Shown here one piece after another: positions 10,101 through 23,700 of a stretch of DNA of 64,000 nucleotides. This DNA is from Rotaria socialis (Eukaryota), in NCBI GenBank assembly GCA_905331295.1, contig CAJNYD010000185.1, positions 62,001 to 126,000 of the forward strand, given 5' to 3'. The notes below the pieces were generated by a model that did not search any database, was not told where the DNA came from, and saw nothing but the letters and a program-made list of their open reading frames with translations. How positions within the stretch are numbered: position 1 is the first letter of the stretch; each line of letters opens with the position of its first letter. The position numbers and the translations under genes are program-made.

Positions 10101-12819
10101 TGACTGAAGACGTTGGTCTGGTTCATCAAATGCCATTTACTGCTAATAGACAAGGTTTCGCTGGAACAGTTGAAAAGGTTTGTATAAGGAATAAATTTTG
10201 ATTGCCAATCAAAACATTTTGTATAAAACTAACAGGAAGGCCTTGACATCTTTTGAAAATTTTACATTCAGTATACAGGAGAGAAAGTAACGAGTGTTGT
10301 ATCATGTGCTCGTATATGAACCGTTACCTCTATGATGAGAAGTAATTTGTTCAACAGACTTTCATTGTTTGAACGTATAAAGAATATGTAATTATTATGT
10401 TTCGTTTCGTTCAAACTACTTGTCGTTAAGGGAAACTGATGATAGAAAGTTTTCAAGTATTTAAAATGAGTCCATGGTGATTGAACCAGCTATTGTGTAG
10501 CTTAATCGTTACTTGATATGCATTTTAGTGCATTGGTATCTAATTTCGACTTCTGTCGAATTTATATATCAAGTCGTAGATTTTCTATGGTTTTGATTAT
10601 GTATGTCAAGTGAAAATTTTCGACTAGACGAATATTTGTTTTTAACGGGATCGAAATTCCATTGAAATGTAACACCACTTATGGATGACTCATGTTTTAG
10701 CTGTCGAATACTATTAAGTAACTTATATCAGGAGAAGAAGAGCTACTTTCAAATAATTTCGTTCGAACATCTAAACTAAGTATGAGACATGAATCTAGTG
10801 TGAAAGTCATCTTTTTTTTCTGCGATTCTTTTTTTAAACACTCAAATAACAATCTTTTTTTTTCCTTTCCGAGAAAAGCAAATTTTTCTCGGTTGCTATT
10901 TATAACGTGAAAAAGTTTATTTGTTAAATATGCTATTTGATAATTAAGCATGTGCTCTCGTGAAGAGGAATCCATATATTTGGTTCTTAGTTTTCACTAA
11001 TTCATAATTACTTTTGCCTGAAAATTACAAAGTTGATTTCGAATAGGAATCTTTTTTTTTCGAGACGTTTCACAAAATCAATATTTAGATCATCTGTTCA
11101 AACCATTATTATTCAAGACTTGCTTCTACAGCAATACTCTTAAGTATCCTTCGAATATAGTGTGCTTCATCACTGATCAGAACTTCAATAGGTTTCCTGT
11201 TGTCGAGTGCTCAACAAAATAAAATGCAGTCAATAATATATAGTATTCAAGTGTATAGAATCCACTAGATATTCAAATAAAACTAATAACATGTACAAGC
11301 ATTTTATAGCAGACTTATTTTTTGATTACTTGAATATTTTGCTTCTTGAAGAAGTCATTCTAACAATATTTTGTTAAAGAGCACGTTACACTTTTTTCCC
11401 TAACGATTAATTCTTGCTTTTTAAGGAAGGTTGATAATTTTGTATTCATTTTAACATTCTCTTCCTACTCTATTAATATTTATTTATTCAATTTAATGTG
11501 ACGTTTCGTTGTAGTTCACAACTTCGTCAAACATAATTCTATATACACTTGTTTACAATTTTTAATAATAATTGAAGATCATACAGTTAAATATCGACAT
11601 TGTGTAAGAGACGAAACAGATGTAAAAGGTGTGACAATTAGACTGGTTCATTTTCTTTTTTCTTTCTTCTTTTGATATTCCTTACATTTTATTTAATAGT
11701 GATACGGAACAAGACGGTAGTAGTATTGTTCCTGATTGATGATTCATGTCGGTATCACTATTAAATAAAATGTAAGGAATATCAAAAGAAGAAAGAAAAA
11801 AGAAAATGAACCAGTCTAATTGTCACACCTTTTACATCTGTTTCGTCTCTTACACAATGTCGATATTTAACTGTATGATCTTCAATTATTATTAAAAATT
11901 GTAAACAAGTGTATTTAGAATTATGTTTGACGAAGTTGTGAACTACAACGAAACGTCACATTAAATTGAATAAATAAATATTAATAGAGTAGGAAGAGAA
12001 TGTTAAAATGAATACTGATGATTTTTTTCTTTCACAGGTTTATTTCGGTACACAGCATGCTCGTATGTACATGGCTATTAACTTACTTGGCGTAAATTGT
12101 GTAACGGGTATGTCTTGTTTGATACGTAAGGCATGTATTGATCAAGTCGGTGGCTTGAAAGCGTTCGGTCGTTATATTGCTGAAGATTATTATCTAGCGT
12201 ATGAAGTATCTAAGCAAGGCTTTAAATTACGTGTTGCACCAACACCAGCTCAACAGAATTCTGGAAATTATTCAATAAAATCGTGGACTGATCGAATGAT
12301 TCGATGGTGTAAATTGAGAATGCGTTTGAGTCCGTTAGCTTACATAGAACCATTACAAGAATCGTTTTCATCAGCGATACTAGCTGGTCTTGTTACGAAT
12401 TATTTACTTGAATGGAATGCACTTGTTGTTGGTGCGTGTCATATTTTATTATGGTTTATATGTGATTATATTATACTTAGAATAACTCAAGTATATTGAT
12501 TAATTAAAACAAAAAGCGTTTAAAATTATTCTAAACAATTTTCTTTTTGTTATTTTAGGGTGGCCCGCTTCCGTTTTCGAAATTTGAATTTGCTGTTGCA
12601 TGGCTCATTCGAGAACTTTCGTCATTTTACATCTATTTTAAAGCGTTCACTGGTCCGGCAACAATCACATGGCGTGGCAAAATATATCGTCTAGGATCAG
12701 GTACACGAGTCGACGGATTACATTCTTCATCTTCATCACAATCATCAGCGCCGACTCTTATCGTTGAATCATCATCCATTCCAACTTCATCAAATTCCAT
12801 ATTACCAGTGACAGGATAA
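7136..12819 (+). CDS. UGCG: Ceramide glucosyltransferase (glucosylceramide synthase, GT21), multi-exon
   Basis: Exons: 7136-7257 (or alternative 8347-8456), 9222-9360, 9421-9523, 9587-9754, 9924-10177, 12038-12490, 12559-12819. All have GT-AG boundaries and compatible phases. Motifs: LPGISIIKPL, NPKIFN, ISDSG, VYFGTQHAR, CVTGMS, IAEDY, RMIRW. Confidence 0.95.
8347..8456 (+). CDS. UGCG: Alternative first coding exon of UGCG (second transmembrane anchor)
   Basis: Runs from ATG to TATGG|gtaag and encodes MSFLHIIYTLALTVSLVLAILVLILVWLFHCGGLSYG. It has the same phase-2 donor and FHxxGxxYG ending as exon 7136-7257. Confidence 0.75.
11442..12015. repeat. Near-perfect long inverted repeat (264-bp arms, 46-bp loop) in a UGCG intron
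   Basis: 11442-11705 is the reverse complement of 11752-12015, with one mismatch seen by eye. Confidence 0.95.
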
Positions 12820-13917
12820 TGCTCTCATTTTCCCTTTTTCAAAAACCTCAAAAGAACCGTCTCAGATTTTCTCAAAGCTGTTTTGTTTTTGTTTTCTGAT
12901 CCGAAGCGTGCTGGTCACACTTTGGCCAGAGTTGATATCATCGAAGTTTATAATGACGATTATATAACATTAATATTTTTTACCGAAGACCATTTGATAC
13001 AAGGCTATTACATGCCAATCAGCATTTATTATAAACTTTTTTTGATCGTGTCTTCGTCTTTTCTTACTTCCTAATGTGAAGATGATTTTTGTTTTGCGTT
13101 TTTTTAAATTTCTTTCAATCTTATATTTATGGTTATTTATTATGTGTCTGGTGATTACCGTATCGGATGAGAAAAAACAGCAAAAAGAAAAATGAAGTGT
13201 GTAAATTAAACGAATGTTTTTTGTTTTATTCTATTTTAAACTACAGTGGATTTTACTGTGTGAATCTTTGGTTAAAATATATTAGAATAAAGCCAAAAGA
13301 CCGCATACATACTATCATAGAAGATGAACGTGCTAGTATGGTAAGTAGATAATTAAGAAGCTGATAATTGACATAGTTGTTCGATCAAATATTACAGTGC
13401 ATACTTCAATGGCATACCAGAAATGCGACAGAAAGCATAGAGTAAAGAGATAAAAAAAATATGATACTCATGAAAAATTGTTATTTTTTTCTTTTGCACT
13501 GATTTCATATTACACTATTTGAAAACATAAGATCGATTTTTGCGAATGAAAAATAGGCTTCTTCGATTGTAATACAATTTATGATTGATTCAAATAAAGT
13601 AACATGCAATTTATGATGTCATGAGTTTAGAATTGGGTTTTCTCATATTCTTGAAAATCAGATTGACCAGTTATTGAAAGAAATTTTAGAGGAACAGTAT
13701 GACAAACTGATACATATGTTTTATTATAATAGAAAAAAAACACGAGAATGGAATAAAACTGAAAAATCGATGACACTTAATTCAGCGAATTCGAGTTTGA
13801 TGGTAAAAACATGTATCAATTTCGTAGATTTTTTCATAATTTCTAAAAAATAAAATTCAATCCTTTATTAGAAGATTTAAAATATCTCTTACTGTAGTTT
13901 TTGCTTGTCTTCTATGA

Positions 13918-14400
13918 TTAAACTTGTTGTTCGATTGGAACTTGTTCTTCGTTTGAAACGATTGCCGTTGAAGTTTCTTGAACAGTATTTACTTGATTAT
14001 CTGGTTCATTTAAAGTTTGTGAACTGTATCTAATCGTTTCCGACGAAATAATACCACGTCGAATACAGGCTTCGCGAAATTCTTGAATATCTTTACTTGA
14101 TGCTAGAGATCTATTGGCACAATCTGCTTCAGTAGAGTAAACATCATGCGATGCATTATTGTAGCTAAGACCATTAGCAAGTTTTTGTTTACGAGATGAT
14201 GGCGATATTATACCACCATTTGTGCTTGTACATTGGTTTACCTTTTTCTTGGAAATTTTAATTGCCTTCTTTGCATTCTTCTTTTCAAGTGTTTTCAGAC
14301 CATCAATATTGTTATTGGCAGCGGTATTCATTGGTTTCTTGTGTTCATTTTCTTTTTCTGAGATCGTTATACTTTTGCTTTTGCCAAACTTAGCACCCAT
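13918..14400 (-). CDS. Single-exon 160-aa hypothetical protein, possibly N-myristoylated
   Basis: Long ORF in AT-rich DNA. Begins MGAKFGKSKS, with a Lys-rich N-terminal half and an acidic/polar tail. Confidence 0.6.
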   Translation of the reverse strand: MGAKFGKSKSITISEKENEHKKPMNTAANNNIDGLKTLEKKNAKKAIKISKKKVNQCTSTNGGIISPSSRKQKLANGLSYNNASHDVYSTEADCANRSLASSKDIQEFREACIRRGIISSETIRYSSQTLNEPDNQVNTVQETSTAIVSNEEQVPIEQQV

Positions 14401-15176
14401 CAGTTGAATATTGGAAAGACGTGCAACAGCTTAAGACGGTTATACAACAAAAATGAATCGAATATGTCGACGAAAAATAGAGCCACCGACAGAGAGAGAA
14501 CGTAGAGATAAGCGATGGAATGTATTTAAAATATTTTTTATATTCTTTGTATTATTATTGACACAATTGAATATCATTTGAAAATGAGAAATAGAGAAAA
14601 TAACTGCATACAAATAAAGAGAAAATCCGTCTTGAAATGCTTCATTTCGACCGTAATGACCTTCAATGTTCTATAGAAAAAAGATCGAATTGACTTCGGA
14701 TTTCCATTCAGACTCGTTTTTACTTTTGAATTATCTTGCAGAGGCATAGTATAAATTTTCATTTTCATTAAGCTCTTTGATTCCATACAGTTTATGATGA
14801 ACTTTAAATACTCATTTTTTCGGAAAATTTCAATGCCTTCAGAGAAAAAACATATTTTTAATAGGAGATCTCAGCTGAAGACTTAAGATTATTTTCACTC
14901 TAAATTTGGCAGATACTCATCGACCAAATTCAATTGTTTACATGATGTCACCTAATTGAATAAGATGATCATCCGCTATATCATATGAATGCGTAATAGT
15001 TTAAATAAAGTTCAATTTTTACTTGTTTTTTCTGATGCATTTTTTATATTTATTTTTCTATGGAGGCTTTTGCATCTATTCTCATTGGCTAAATTTATTT
15101 CAGAAAAAAAGATTGGATTTGATGTTCTGATGGGCTCATTTATGGTGCTTAGTATAAATAGTCTTTGTCGTTGGGG

Positions 15177-15542
15177 ATGCACGGCGACGAAGTAACACAG
15201 AAATTACATTTAACTGATGAAGTTGAAAAATCTCAACTAATAAAAACGTCTGAATCTCTTGTGGGTATGATGCTTATTTTTATTGCTATTTTTCTCTATA
15301 TGGTATCGCATCTTCAAGAGAACATTTCTTTACCAGATCTGGGTGTTTTTATCTAATTTAGATATTTCTCCAAAGATTGTATTTTAATCCATTTATTATT
15401 AGCTACATGGAAAATATTTGTCGAAGCTCGAGTTCAAGCATTACAAAAAGATGTGAGAGAACAAATTCTTCTCTCTGATATCATCTTTGCTGGAACATGG
15501 ATCGCAGTACTCTTTACATTCGACATCAGAAGAAACCAGTAA
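15177..15542 (+). CDS. Possible small two-exon membrane protein or gene remnant
   Basis: 15177-15342 and 15403-15542 join in frame across a 60-nt GT-AG intron. Two hydrophobic stretches: LVGMMLIFIAIFLYMV and IIFAGTWIAVLFTF. Confidence 0.35.
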
Positions 15543-15824
15543 AAGACTAATAGAATTGGCTAGAAAACAAAATGATAAAATTGATTTCTTTCTAGTTTAT
15601 TTCGAGACAGCTGCGATTTTTCTCTGATACTTTCTTTCTGAGTGAAGTCTTTAGATTGTTTTTACAGTTTTGCCGAAAAGTATAAGTTGTATTTAAGCGC
15701 GCAAAGAAAGCATAAGAATACGCTTTTGCTAAGCATCAACTACACTTAGCTTTTATTTCATTCTAGATTAAACGCGTCTATAGTAGGAAAAACAGAAAGG
15801 CAACGAGAGTCATATCTCCAATGT

Positions 15825-17034
15825 TCAGGATATGCATGAGCAGATAATAGCTGCAATACTGGTACCACCCTTACTTTCAGCATTTCCACCAAACTCCAGA
15901 AAATTCTTAATAAATAAAAAAGCAAAGCGAAAATCAAAAATCAACAAAAGAACACTTACAATAAGGAACAATGCACCCAATGATATAACTTTTAAATTAG
16001 TTGGCATATCTATCGGAACTAAACATTTGACAATTTCTATGAATTTTATAGAAACTACATATATATATATATCTGTATCTCACAATTGATCGTATATTTT
16101 TCAGCTCCAGTTAAAGCTTGATTAACAACACCAGCATATTCTTTGAAAATTCCACCAATTTCAATATCACTACGACTGCTCATTATCTGAAAGTTAATCA
16201 TTCACAAAATAGATAGAATGACAAATTTTTGTTTTTAATACTTTGAATTTATTTTCACAACAACAACAAAATACACCTTTACAAATACAGCATGGACTAA
16301 TAACTTTTAATTGTTCTGCACCAGTTGAATCCATTAAACTCAAATGAGTTCGCCAGCAACTTTGTCTGTTATACTTATACTGATAAACAACAGAACAATA
16401 GCATAGAACTTACGTTTGTCGTACTATACCGATAACAGTACCAGGTGGTGATTCAACTACTACTTCATATGCACAACAATCCATATTAGCGCACCAACAA
16501 CAAGATCCAGCACAGCATTTAAATTCACGCGAAATTCTCATGACTTCCTATAACGACATTGTTACAAAACGGTGAGAATACTTTAAATTGCTTCAAACTT
16601 GATTCGATAGATCGTAAACCTCCAGAACAAAACCCCGCCGAGCTGCACAACACACGCGTCCTGCAACATTCCTTTTATCTATATAATTAAATACAAAATT
16701 ATTTTCAAATCATGATAGATAGATGTTACTTTCAGCGACATTTAACACCACCTGGCCTTCCTCATTAATTACACGAAAACGTTGAGCCATTGACAGACCC
16801 GTGAGTGCTAAAGCAAAGTAAAGATAAAGATTTTTAACATTATTCCTCGCAAAAAATACTTTGTGTGAGACTGGCTTCTTGTTGGAAAAATAATTTCGAA
16901 ACTGAAGTAAGAAAAGATAATCCAGCCGAAACATCAGATATTACATATTTTGATGGAGACATCCATATATCTCCTTGTTCCTGGTGATTGTTGTTATTTC
17001 TGACGTTTGGTTGGTTGGATATTGGCCTATTCAT
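15825..17034 (-). CDS. Phospholipid scramblase (PLSCR family), multi-exon
   Basis: Spliced translation includes GLSFLTSVSKLFFQQ, RVCCAARRGF, EVMRISREFKCCAGSCWC..CCAYEVVVESPPGTVIG, SPCCIC, IGGIFKEYAG and FPIDMPTNLKVISLGALFLI. Confidence 0.9.
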
Positions 17035-17330
17035 TTTTTTAAGTTAAAAATCTAGAAAGAAAATATGGGATGCATAGGATTTGTAATAAATTCACTATTT
17101 GTTCTATGCTAGATTAATTCCTACTTGTTATACATAATATTATACGATAAATATGAGTCAACATTGTAACAGAAACGCTAACGATTCATCGTCAGATTTA
17201 TTGGTACGAGTGTTGTATACAAAGAGTTGGCCCTTGTCATCGTCGATCATATTACCGTTCAGTGACCACTTCTAGAGTGTGAAACCCAAGCAGACAAACT
17301 TTTTCAGAGACGCGTCAAAGCGCATGCAAA

Positions 17331-17448
17331 TTCATAAAAAAAAAGGGAAAGTGATCGTTTTTTGAATAGTCATTATTATCTGCGACGGGATGATGATTAG
17401 GGTTCTCGACTATGAAAAAAAACGATCGCTTTCTTCCCTTTTGTGGAA
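17331..17448. repeat. Short imperfect inverted repeat (possible MITE remnant)
   Basis: aaaagggaaagtgatcgttttttgaatagtc versus gactatgaaaaaaaacgatcgctttcttccctttt. Confidence 0.5.
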
Positions 17449-19648
17449 CTCACATATATTTTCGAAGAAAATAGTGAGTGTAAATTGAATTGTTAGGTTT
17501 ATGCGGCCCCCCTGTATCCNTTTGAACAAAATATGATCTCACTACACTGAAAAAATAAAACTTCTATTTGATCAGTATCTAACTGACCGAAATATGTGAG
17601 TTCCACATTTTAGCCCCAACGGGGCTGCGCTGACAAGCTTTTCCGTATGGATTTAGGTGCGTTTTTTGGATAAAAACGTGTTTAAGCGCACAAGAAGGGC
17701 AACAAATCGACATTTTTCTCGATTTTTCGTTCGTTCAGATATGTCTTTGGAAAATTTCGTCCGCTTGGTAAAAGATAGAGTAATGATTCGAGTACCTTCC
17801 AATATGAATGCAATACCTATTTTTTCATACTCTAGTTTGGAAAATACCTATTTTAATGAATTGAAATACGTATACTTAACGTTAAAAAAATAGTAGTAAA
17901 CGACTTGTGCTTTTATAAAAAATGCGCTCGAACGCATCTTTATGTTGAGATTCGTTTTTTCTTTTAAAGAATAATATTGTTGAAAAGTCCTAAAAAGCGC
18001 GCATTTTCAATTATATTTTTATACAGATTTATTTGAATAAGAACACTCAAGTTCCATGCTGCTACTCCACATGTTGATCTTCAGTTCAGACGTGTTTACA
18101 GTCGCACCCTATTTGAATAACATCGAGAAAATACTGCATGCATTTTTTCCTCGGACAAAACACATGCATCAAAGTTAAAATTAAATTTAGTCAAAATTGG
18201 TTTACGTATCATTTGAGTAAAAAGAAACGAGATTATTTTTAAGACTAGAAAGATTATCCGTTTTCAATTAATCTAAGCATCAACTATGTTTGTAGTGACT
18301 GCATGAATATGACGCATCGAAACTGAAACGGTCATTGGTCTTATTTTTTGCTATTGTTTGGTCGTTAGGCATTGACTTCAACAATTCTCGGAATCTAAAA
18401 AGTGTCATGGCCCTTTTGGTGGTTTCCATTTTTTTTTGTCGGACAGATGTTGATTCAGACACTGATTAAAAAAGCATTTTCAGAACGCGAAAATTTTCAA
18501 GGACCTTTTTTAATTTGTTGTTTCTTGATCGAGTATTTGTAGAAAGATTTTCTTTCAATTCTAAAGGCTGTTTAAAAGTTCTCTTTAGAATACAGATTAA
18601 AATTAGTATCACTTAATTATTCTAATGTGTTTCTGTGTTTTTAATTTTCGAAACTGATGGTTAATTTTTTTTTGCCAAAACCCAACGTTTGTCTGACATA
18701 TATGTGCTGAATTTCGATTCATGAATCATTTATCAAGTTTGATAAGCACTAACGAAATTTTGACTGCCTAGAAGCATTCTTAGACGGTGTACTAAAATCT
18801 GCTGAAACTGATTCAATTCTATAAATCTCTAATGCACGATGAAAATAATGGATCAAGAACGATGGATTGGTATTGCTCTTCGTTGTTTGTTTTTTTCGTA
18901 TTATCATTGGGTAGAAAAAAAAACGGCTAGATTAAAATATGAAAAAATTGAAAGGTCTTTCATTGAACCAGGGATCATTAAATTTGAAAATATGAAGTGG
19001 AGTGAAGCCATTTTTATTATTTCAGCTGAAATTCTTATGTAGAAGTGAGCAAAAGAAAGTCAATAATGGACGACAAAACACAGCGAATTATTCGTGAGGG
19101 AATGGCCTGTGTATAAGGGTGAGAGTTTGCGCTTTTATAATGTCGTTATGTGACGTTTTAATTACAACAATAATATGATGGTGACAACAACAGTCTATTT
19201 CGTATTTTTAATTTAGAAAAGATTTCTCTTTCAAAAACTTATCCAGTACATCAATTTCCAATAATCGCTTGTTATTAAACTGCATTTTGACAGTCATCGA
19301 AATAGATTTTGTCTAAAATAGACTATATAGACTCGTCACTGATTTCAGTTTTTAAATATCATGATAGTACGTGAATAACAGCAAATATCTTCGTATGAAT
19401 GCCGATGGAACTTTTCAGTATGGCATACTTTCCTTGTATAAAAAAAAACAAACATTATATTTACTTGTTTGAATATACTGTTTTAATTTCAAGCAAAACC
19501 AATAGCGACGAGTAATGAATAACTCTTTTAAATTTCAACATTTTATTTCAGTGCGTACAACAACAACAATAACAAAAACAGTGCAAATTATTAGCAGAAG
19601 TAAAACTATCAGGTTATCATGAATAAATTTTAAAAAAGTAATTAATTT

Positions 19649-20785
19649 TTAGTCTCGGCATTCTTCATATTCAGGCCATCGACTATTTGTTTGCGTACCT
19701 ATACAGTAGAACAAAAATACAGTAAAATCCTATTTGAAGTCAAAATAAATAACATACCGTAAGTTTGATCCCACCATGCTAAATCTTCTTGAGGATTATG
19801 TGTGGCTTTAGACGCTGTATAATCATAGTTCATTTTTTGTAAAATTGAACTTCAGAAAATGAAAAAAACAATTTTTAATTTAAAATATATTATCAAACAA
19901 TTAACTTACTTATTTATTGTCGCTGTTTCTAATAGTTTCGCATATTCGTCGTACGTCGTTCGAAAAAAATCCAATCGTTTCCTTTCAAATTCTTGGGTAC
20001 GCTGAAAAACTTCTTGCATTGCTGATTCATAACGAGGTCTTTGTTCCATAGCTTCATTAATCGCTTGTTGATATTTAGTTTTTGTAAAACCAACGTCACG
20101 TCGTGCAACTTCAGCTTTGTCGGCTAGCTTTTTACGTTGCTCAGTCGATGCTAAGTGTTCAGCATCATTGGCTGATTTAGCAGTTTTACATGCCGAATAG
20201 TAAGCTGTTTTACATTCTGATATTTTCTCCAATAATTTACTCCATGATTTTTGAGCATCAATAAATTCTTTTTCGAATTCTTTAGTTTTTTTATACTGCA
20301 ATAGGCCTTTTTCATAATGCTCTTTACGCCATTGTCGAAGATTTGGAATTAATGATTCACTCAATGATGATGATAATGTCGAATGAACTTCTGCCACTTG
20401 ATCACCTATTTTAACGATCCAATTAGAAAAGTAGATATAAAAATTAAAACAAATTACCTGTCCGTGCAGCTTGTTCCCATACTGTTTTATTTGTTCCATA
20501 TTCTTGCGATTTTGTTAACTCATGCTGCCACTTTGATGACCAAGCACGTAATTGATTTGCATAATTCAATTCCAGTTGTGCACGTTCATCAAACATATCT
20601 GCAAGTTTTTGGGCGAGATCATGACCACTTTCACATCGTTTTAAAGCAACTGAATAAGCTCCAGGTTCAAAAAATCCTCGTCCATACGCAGAATTCGATG
20701 CGAAAGCTTCAGGGCCAGATCTTGCAAATCTTAATATTGAAGGTGATGGAGGTCCCATAATGCTCTTGCGACTAAACAAATTCAT
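19649..20785 (-). CDS. PACSIN/syndapin-like F-BAR protein lacking the linker and SH3 domain
   Basis: Exons 20785-20458, 20405-19910, 19849 to about 19758, and about 19698 to 19649. Motifs FFEPGAYSVALKRCESG, MFDERAQLE, EYGT, WRKEHYEK, QEFERKRLDFF and DLAWWDQTYG..WPEYEE, followed by the stop. Confidence 0.85.
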
Positions 20786-23700
20786 TCTGAAGTAAAACTA
20801 AAATGTAATAGTATATTACAAATATCCGATGTATAAATATGAATCGATGAATCACACTTGTTACACGAAAAAAAATTGATTCGATTTTTCTCCTCTAAAA
20901 GATTTACTCACTCGATAGAGAAAAAAGAAAAATATAAGCTGACAATGTTGACTGATTCATTGGTTATGATCTTGAAGGCGGCGGAGGCGAGTAATGGTAT
21001 GTGTGAAAGAGAAATATGGCAACGTGTGTACATAAAAGTTTTCGACTTCTCTTATTTGCACATAATTCATGGCTAGGCATATCTCTATTTAGGCTAGAAG
21101 AAATAATAGAAGAAGAAAAAAACAGCAAATCCACCTTTGTTCTTATCAATCAATATCGATGAAGACAATAGATGCATCCGAGCATTTGATTGATTAACAA
21201 AACATTGCAACTAGTAGTATGAAAACATATCAAATGTCAAATTTTCACTGTTTACATTTTGAGTCATTGGATAGAGAAACAAAAACAGTCAAAATCAAAG
21301 TCGATTCGTTCTAGATTTCGGTCATTTTCTTGTTAATCAATTGACGAACATAATAAAATTACAAAGATAAAAACGTCAAGTATGAAATACTTGAAAATTA
21401 ATAATTATTTGAGTATATATGATAAGACTCTACGTGCTGCAATATCGTTTACATCTTTATTTTCAATGTTCTTTTTCTTCTTTGAAATAATACTCTCAAA
21501 CGACGTTTGTAATAAAACCGATGTTATATTGCACTTTCACAAGTCTTAATCCCAGGCGCGTTTGAAGGTTTTTATCTGAAATATTTGATGACATTTTGTA
21601 TTTGTATGCGTTCTTCGATAAAAGAACAATATTTTTTCTCTTAATTTTAAGAATGAGTTCAGAAGAATTCCTTAAGTATATCTTGTGGTTTATTAATAAA
21701 ATTGACTCATGTCATCTGAAAATGTCATTGTTTACGCGTGCATATCTCAAGAAAATCTTTCATGTATTTCCACCTTTGAACATTCGATAACGAGAAAAAT
21801 AACTTTTAAAAAGTCAAAGAGGGCAGAAGAATGTTGATCATTAAAGCAACAAGTATATTTTTCGGTACTAAAAGACCTTATACTTGATGAATTGAGACGA
21901 AAGTTTTTCTCATTAATCTCTAAGCACTTTATTGCAACTGTTGAATACATTGTCTGAAAATATTAGATATGTGGGTGGGACTAAAATTGATATCTGTTGA
22001 AGGTAGAATATTTTGACTTCGACAACGTTTGGATTCAATTTCAAAACAGAACATCAATCTATTCAATCGCGGATATGTAAACCGATGATATTACGTATTC
22101 ATCTCCAAACATGATAGAAAGAAATATAAAAATAAAGAGCCGTGTAAAAGAAAAGCATTAAGGTTTTCGGTTTTTCTTAAACAATAAAATCCAAGAATAA
22201 TATTAATCTTCTGTTAGAACAAAGACAAGACATGAAATCTAAGTGCCAATTTTGCTTCACTTTCTTTTTCAAGAAATACTCTTTAGATAAGATGTCTGAA
22301 AATGCAGAAGACGTGACAATACGGATTACATCGCGTATTAGATATGAGGATTTTTGATGTTCATTAAAAATTCATAAAAAGCTTTCACGGAAAAATTGTA
22401 TAATTATTATCAAAACAAAATTATGACGTTTAAGTATTTAGTTTAATTCAACCGCAAAATCCTTTTTGTCATTTTCTTGAACAAAGTTCATCGCTCTTGA
22501 AATGTGTAGTGCCAAGAGAGTTTTGCAAATAAAGAGAATTCTACACACTGCATGTTTCATTCAGTCGTAATTTTGTAATTGAACGTTAGGTAGGTGGTTA
22601 CAAAAAGCATTCCGTTTACACAACACGGAAGACGTTGTGTACATTGATATTCTTAATTAAATATTTTCCTGTGACGTTGTTTCATGAAAAGCGTATGTTC
22701 ACTTATTGACAAGATTTGCATGAGTTCAATATTAATTGCTCACGTAAGAATTTTGTCTCTAAGCAAGATACTTCTGATTAATTGCAGTTCCTCTTATATG
22801 TCAACTCAACTACTTATTTGAGTTACTGTTTTGTTTTTTTCACTTAAATTTTTAAACAAAAGGGCAGCGGACAAACGAAGAACTAAGTCCATCCAATCTC
22901 ATGCGACTTCAAATGGCACTCGAAAGAAAACGAATTGGAAGAGAGAATATTTAATTACAATAACAAAAGTTTAAAAAAAATGACTAATTTCATAGCCATG
23001 CTATAGATCTTTATGGCGCCATTATTTTGACACAAAAGGATGGCATAAATAATAGACACTAGAAACATATAATTTTAATTTAATAGTATTCCACGTCATA
23101 TTGGCCAGATGCAATCGTGAACGATTCATCTACTATTGGTGTTCGCATTTTTTTGCTTACTGCCTTTTGTAGAAATTTTCTAAATGACATTAGTAATCGA
23201 CTTATGAACAGACTAGTAGATAGAACGTTCCATCCAACGTTCACGCGAAGCGGGAGGAGAAAATTGAATTCAGATTTTATCAAAACGACACCTGAATTCA
23301 CGTTGACATAAATTGGTCAAGTCAACTTTTATATAAATAATGAGCGTGTTCTCTTTGAAGAACTGTTATTTTTATCGAACCTTTTGTCAGGTACACTTTC
23401 TTTGAAGCTGCAGTACATCATATCGTCTTTTCTTTTATGTGCCTGATTTTAATCCGCATTGGTAAAACGCATGCATTTCCATCATTATAATATCTTTGAA
23501 ATTATTTCTGACAATGTTTCTTAATTGTTCATAGTAGATCGATGTTGATTGAACTGAATGTTTCTGTGAAAAAGAAATGTTCTATTATTCATTAAATTCG
23601 CTGACGAATTTTTTTCGCAAATTTTCCGTTCATACAACCAAACAAAATTCTTTGTTTGTGAAAACGTAAACTATATCCTATTCGAATTCCATCCGAATAA

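Noticed and set aside
10268..10975. Nested antisense gene in the UGCG intron
   Set aside because: Short stop-interrupted frames with no recognisable domain or consistent splice structure. At most a decayed remnant.
15825..15845. Prenylation motif at the scramblase C-terminus (ICSCIS)
   Set aside because: The Cys residues are at -3 and -5, so this is not a canonical CaaX motif.
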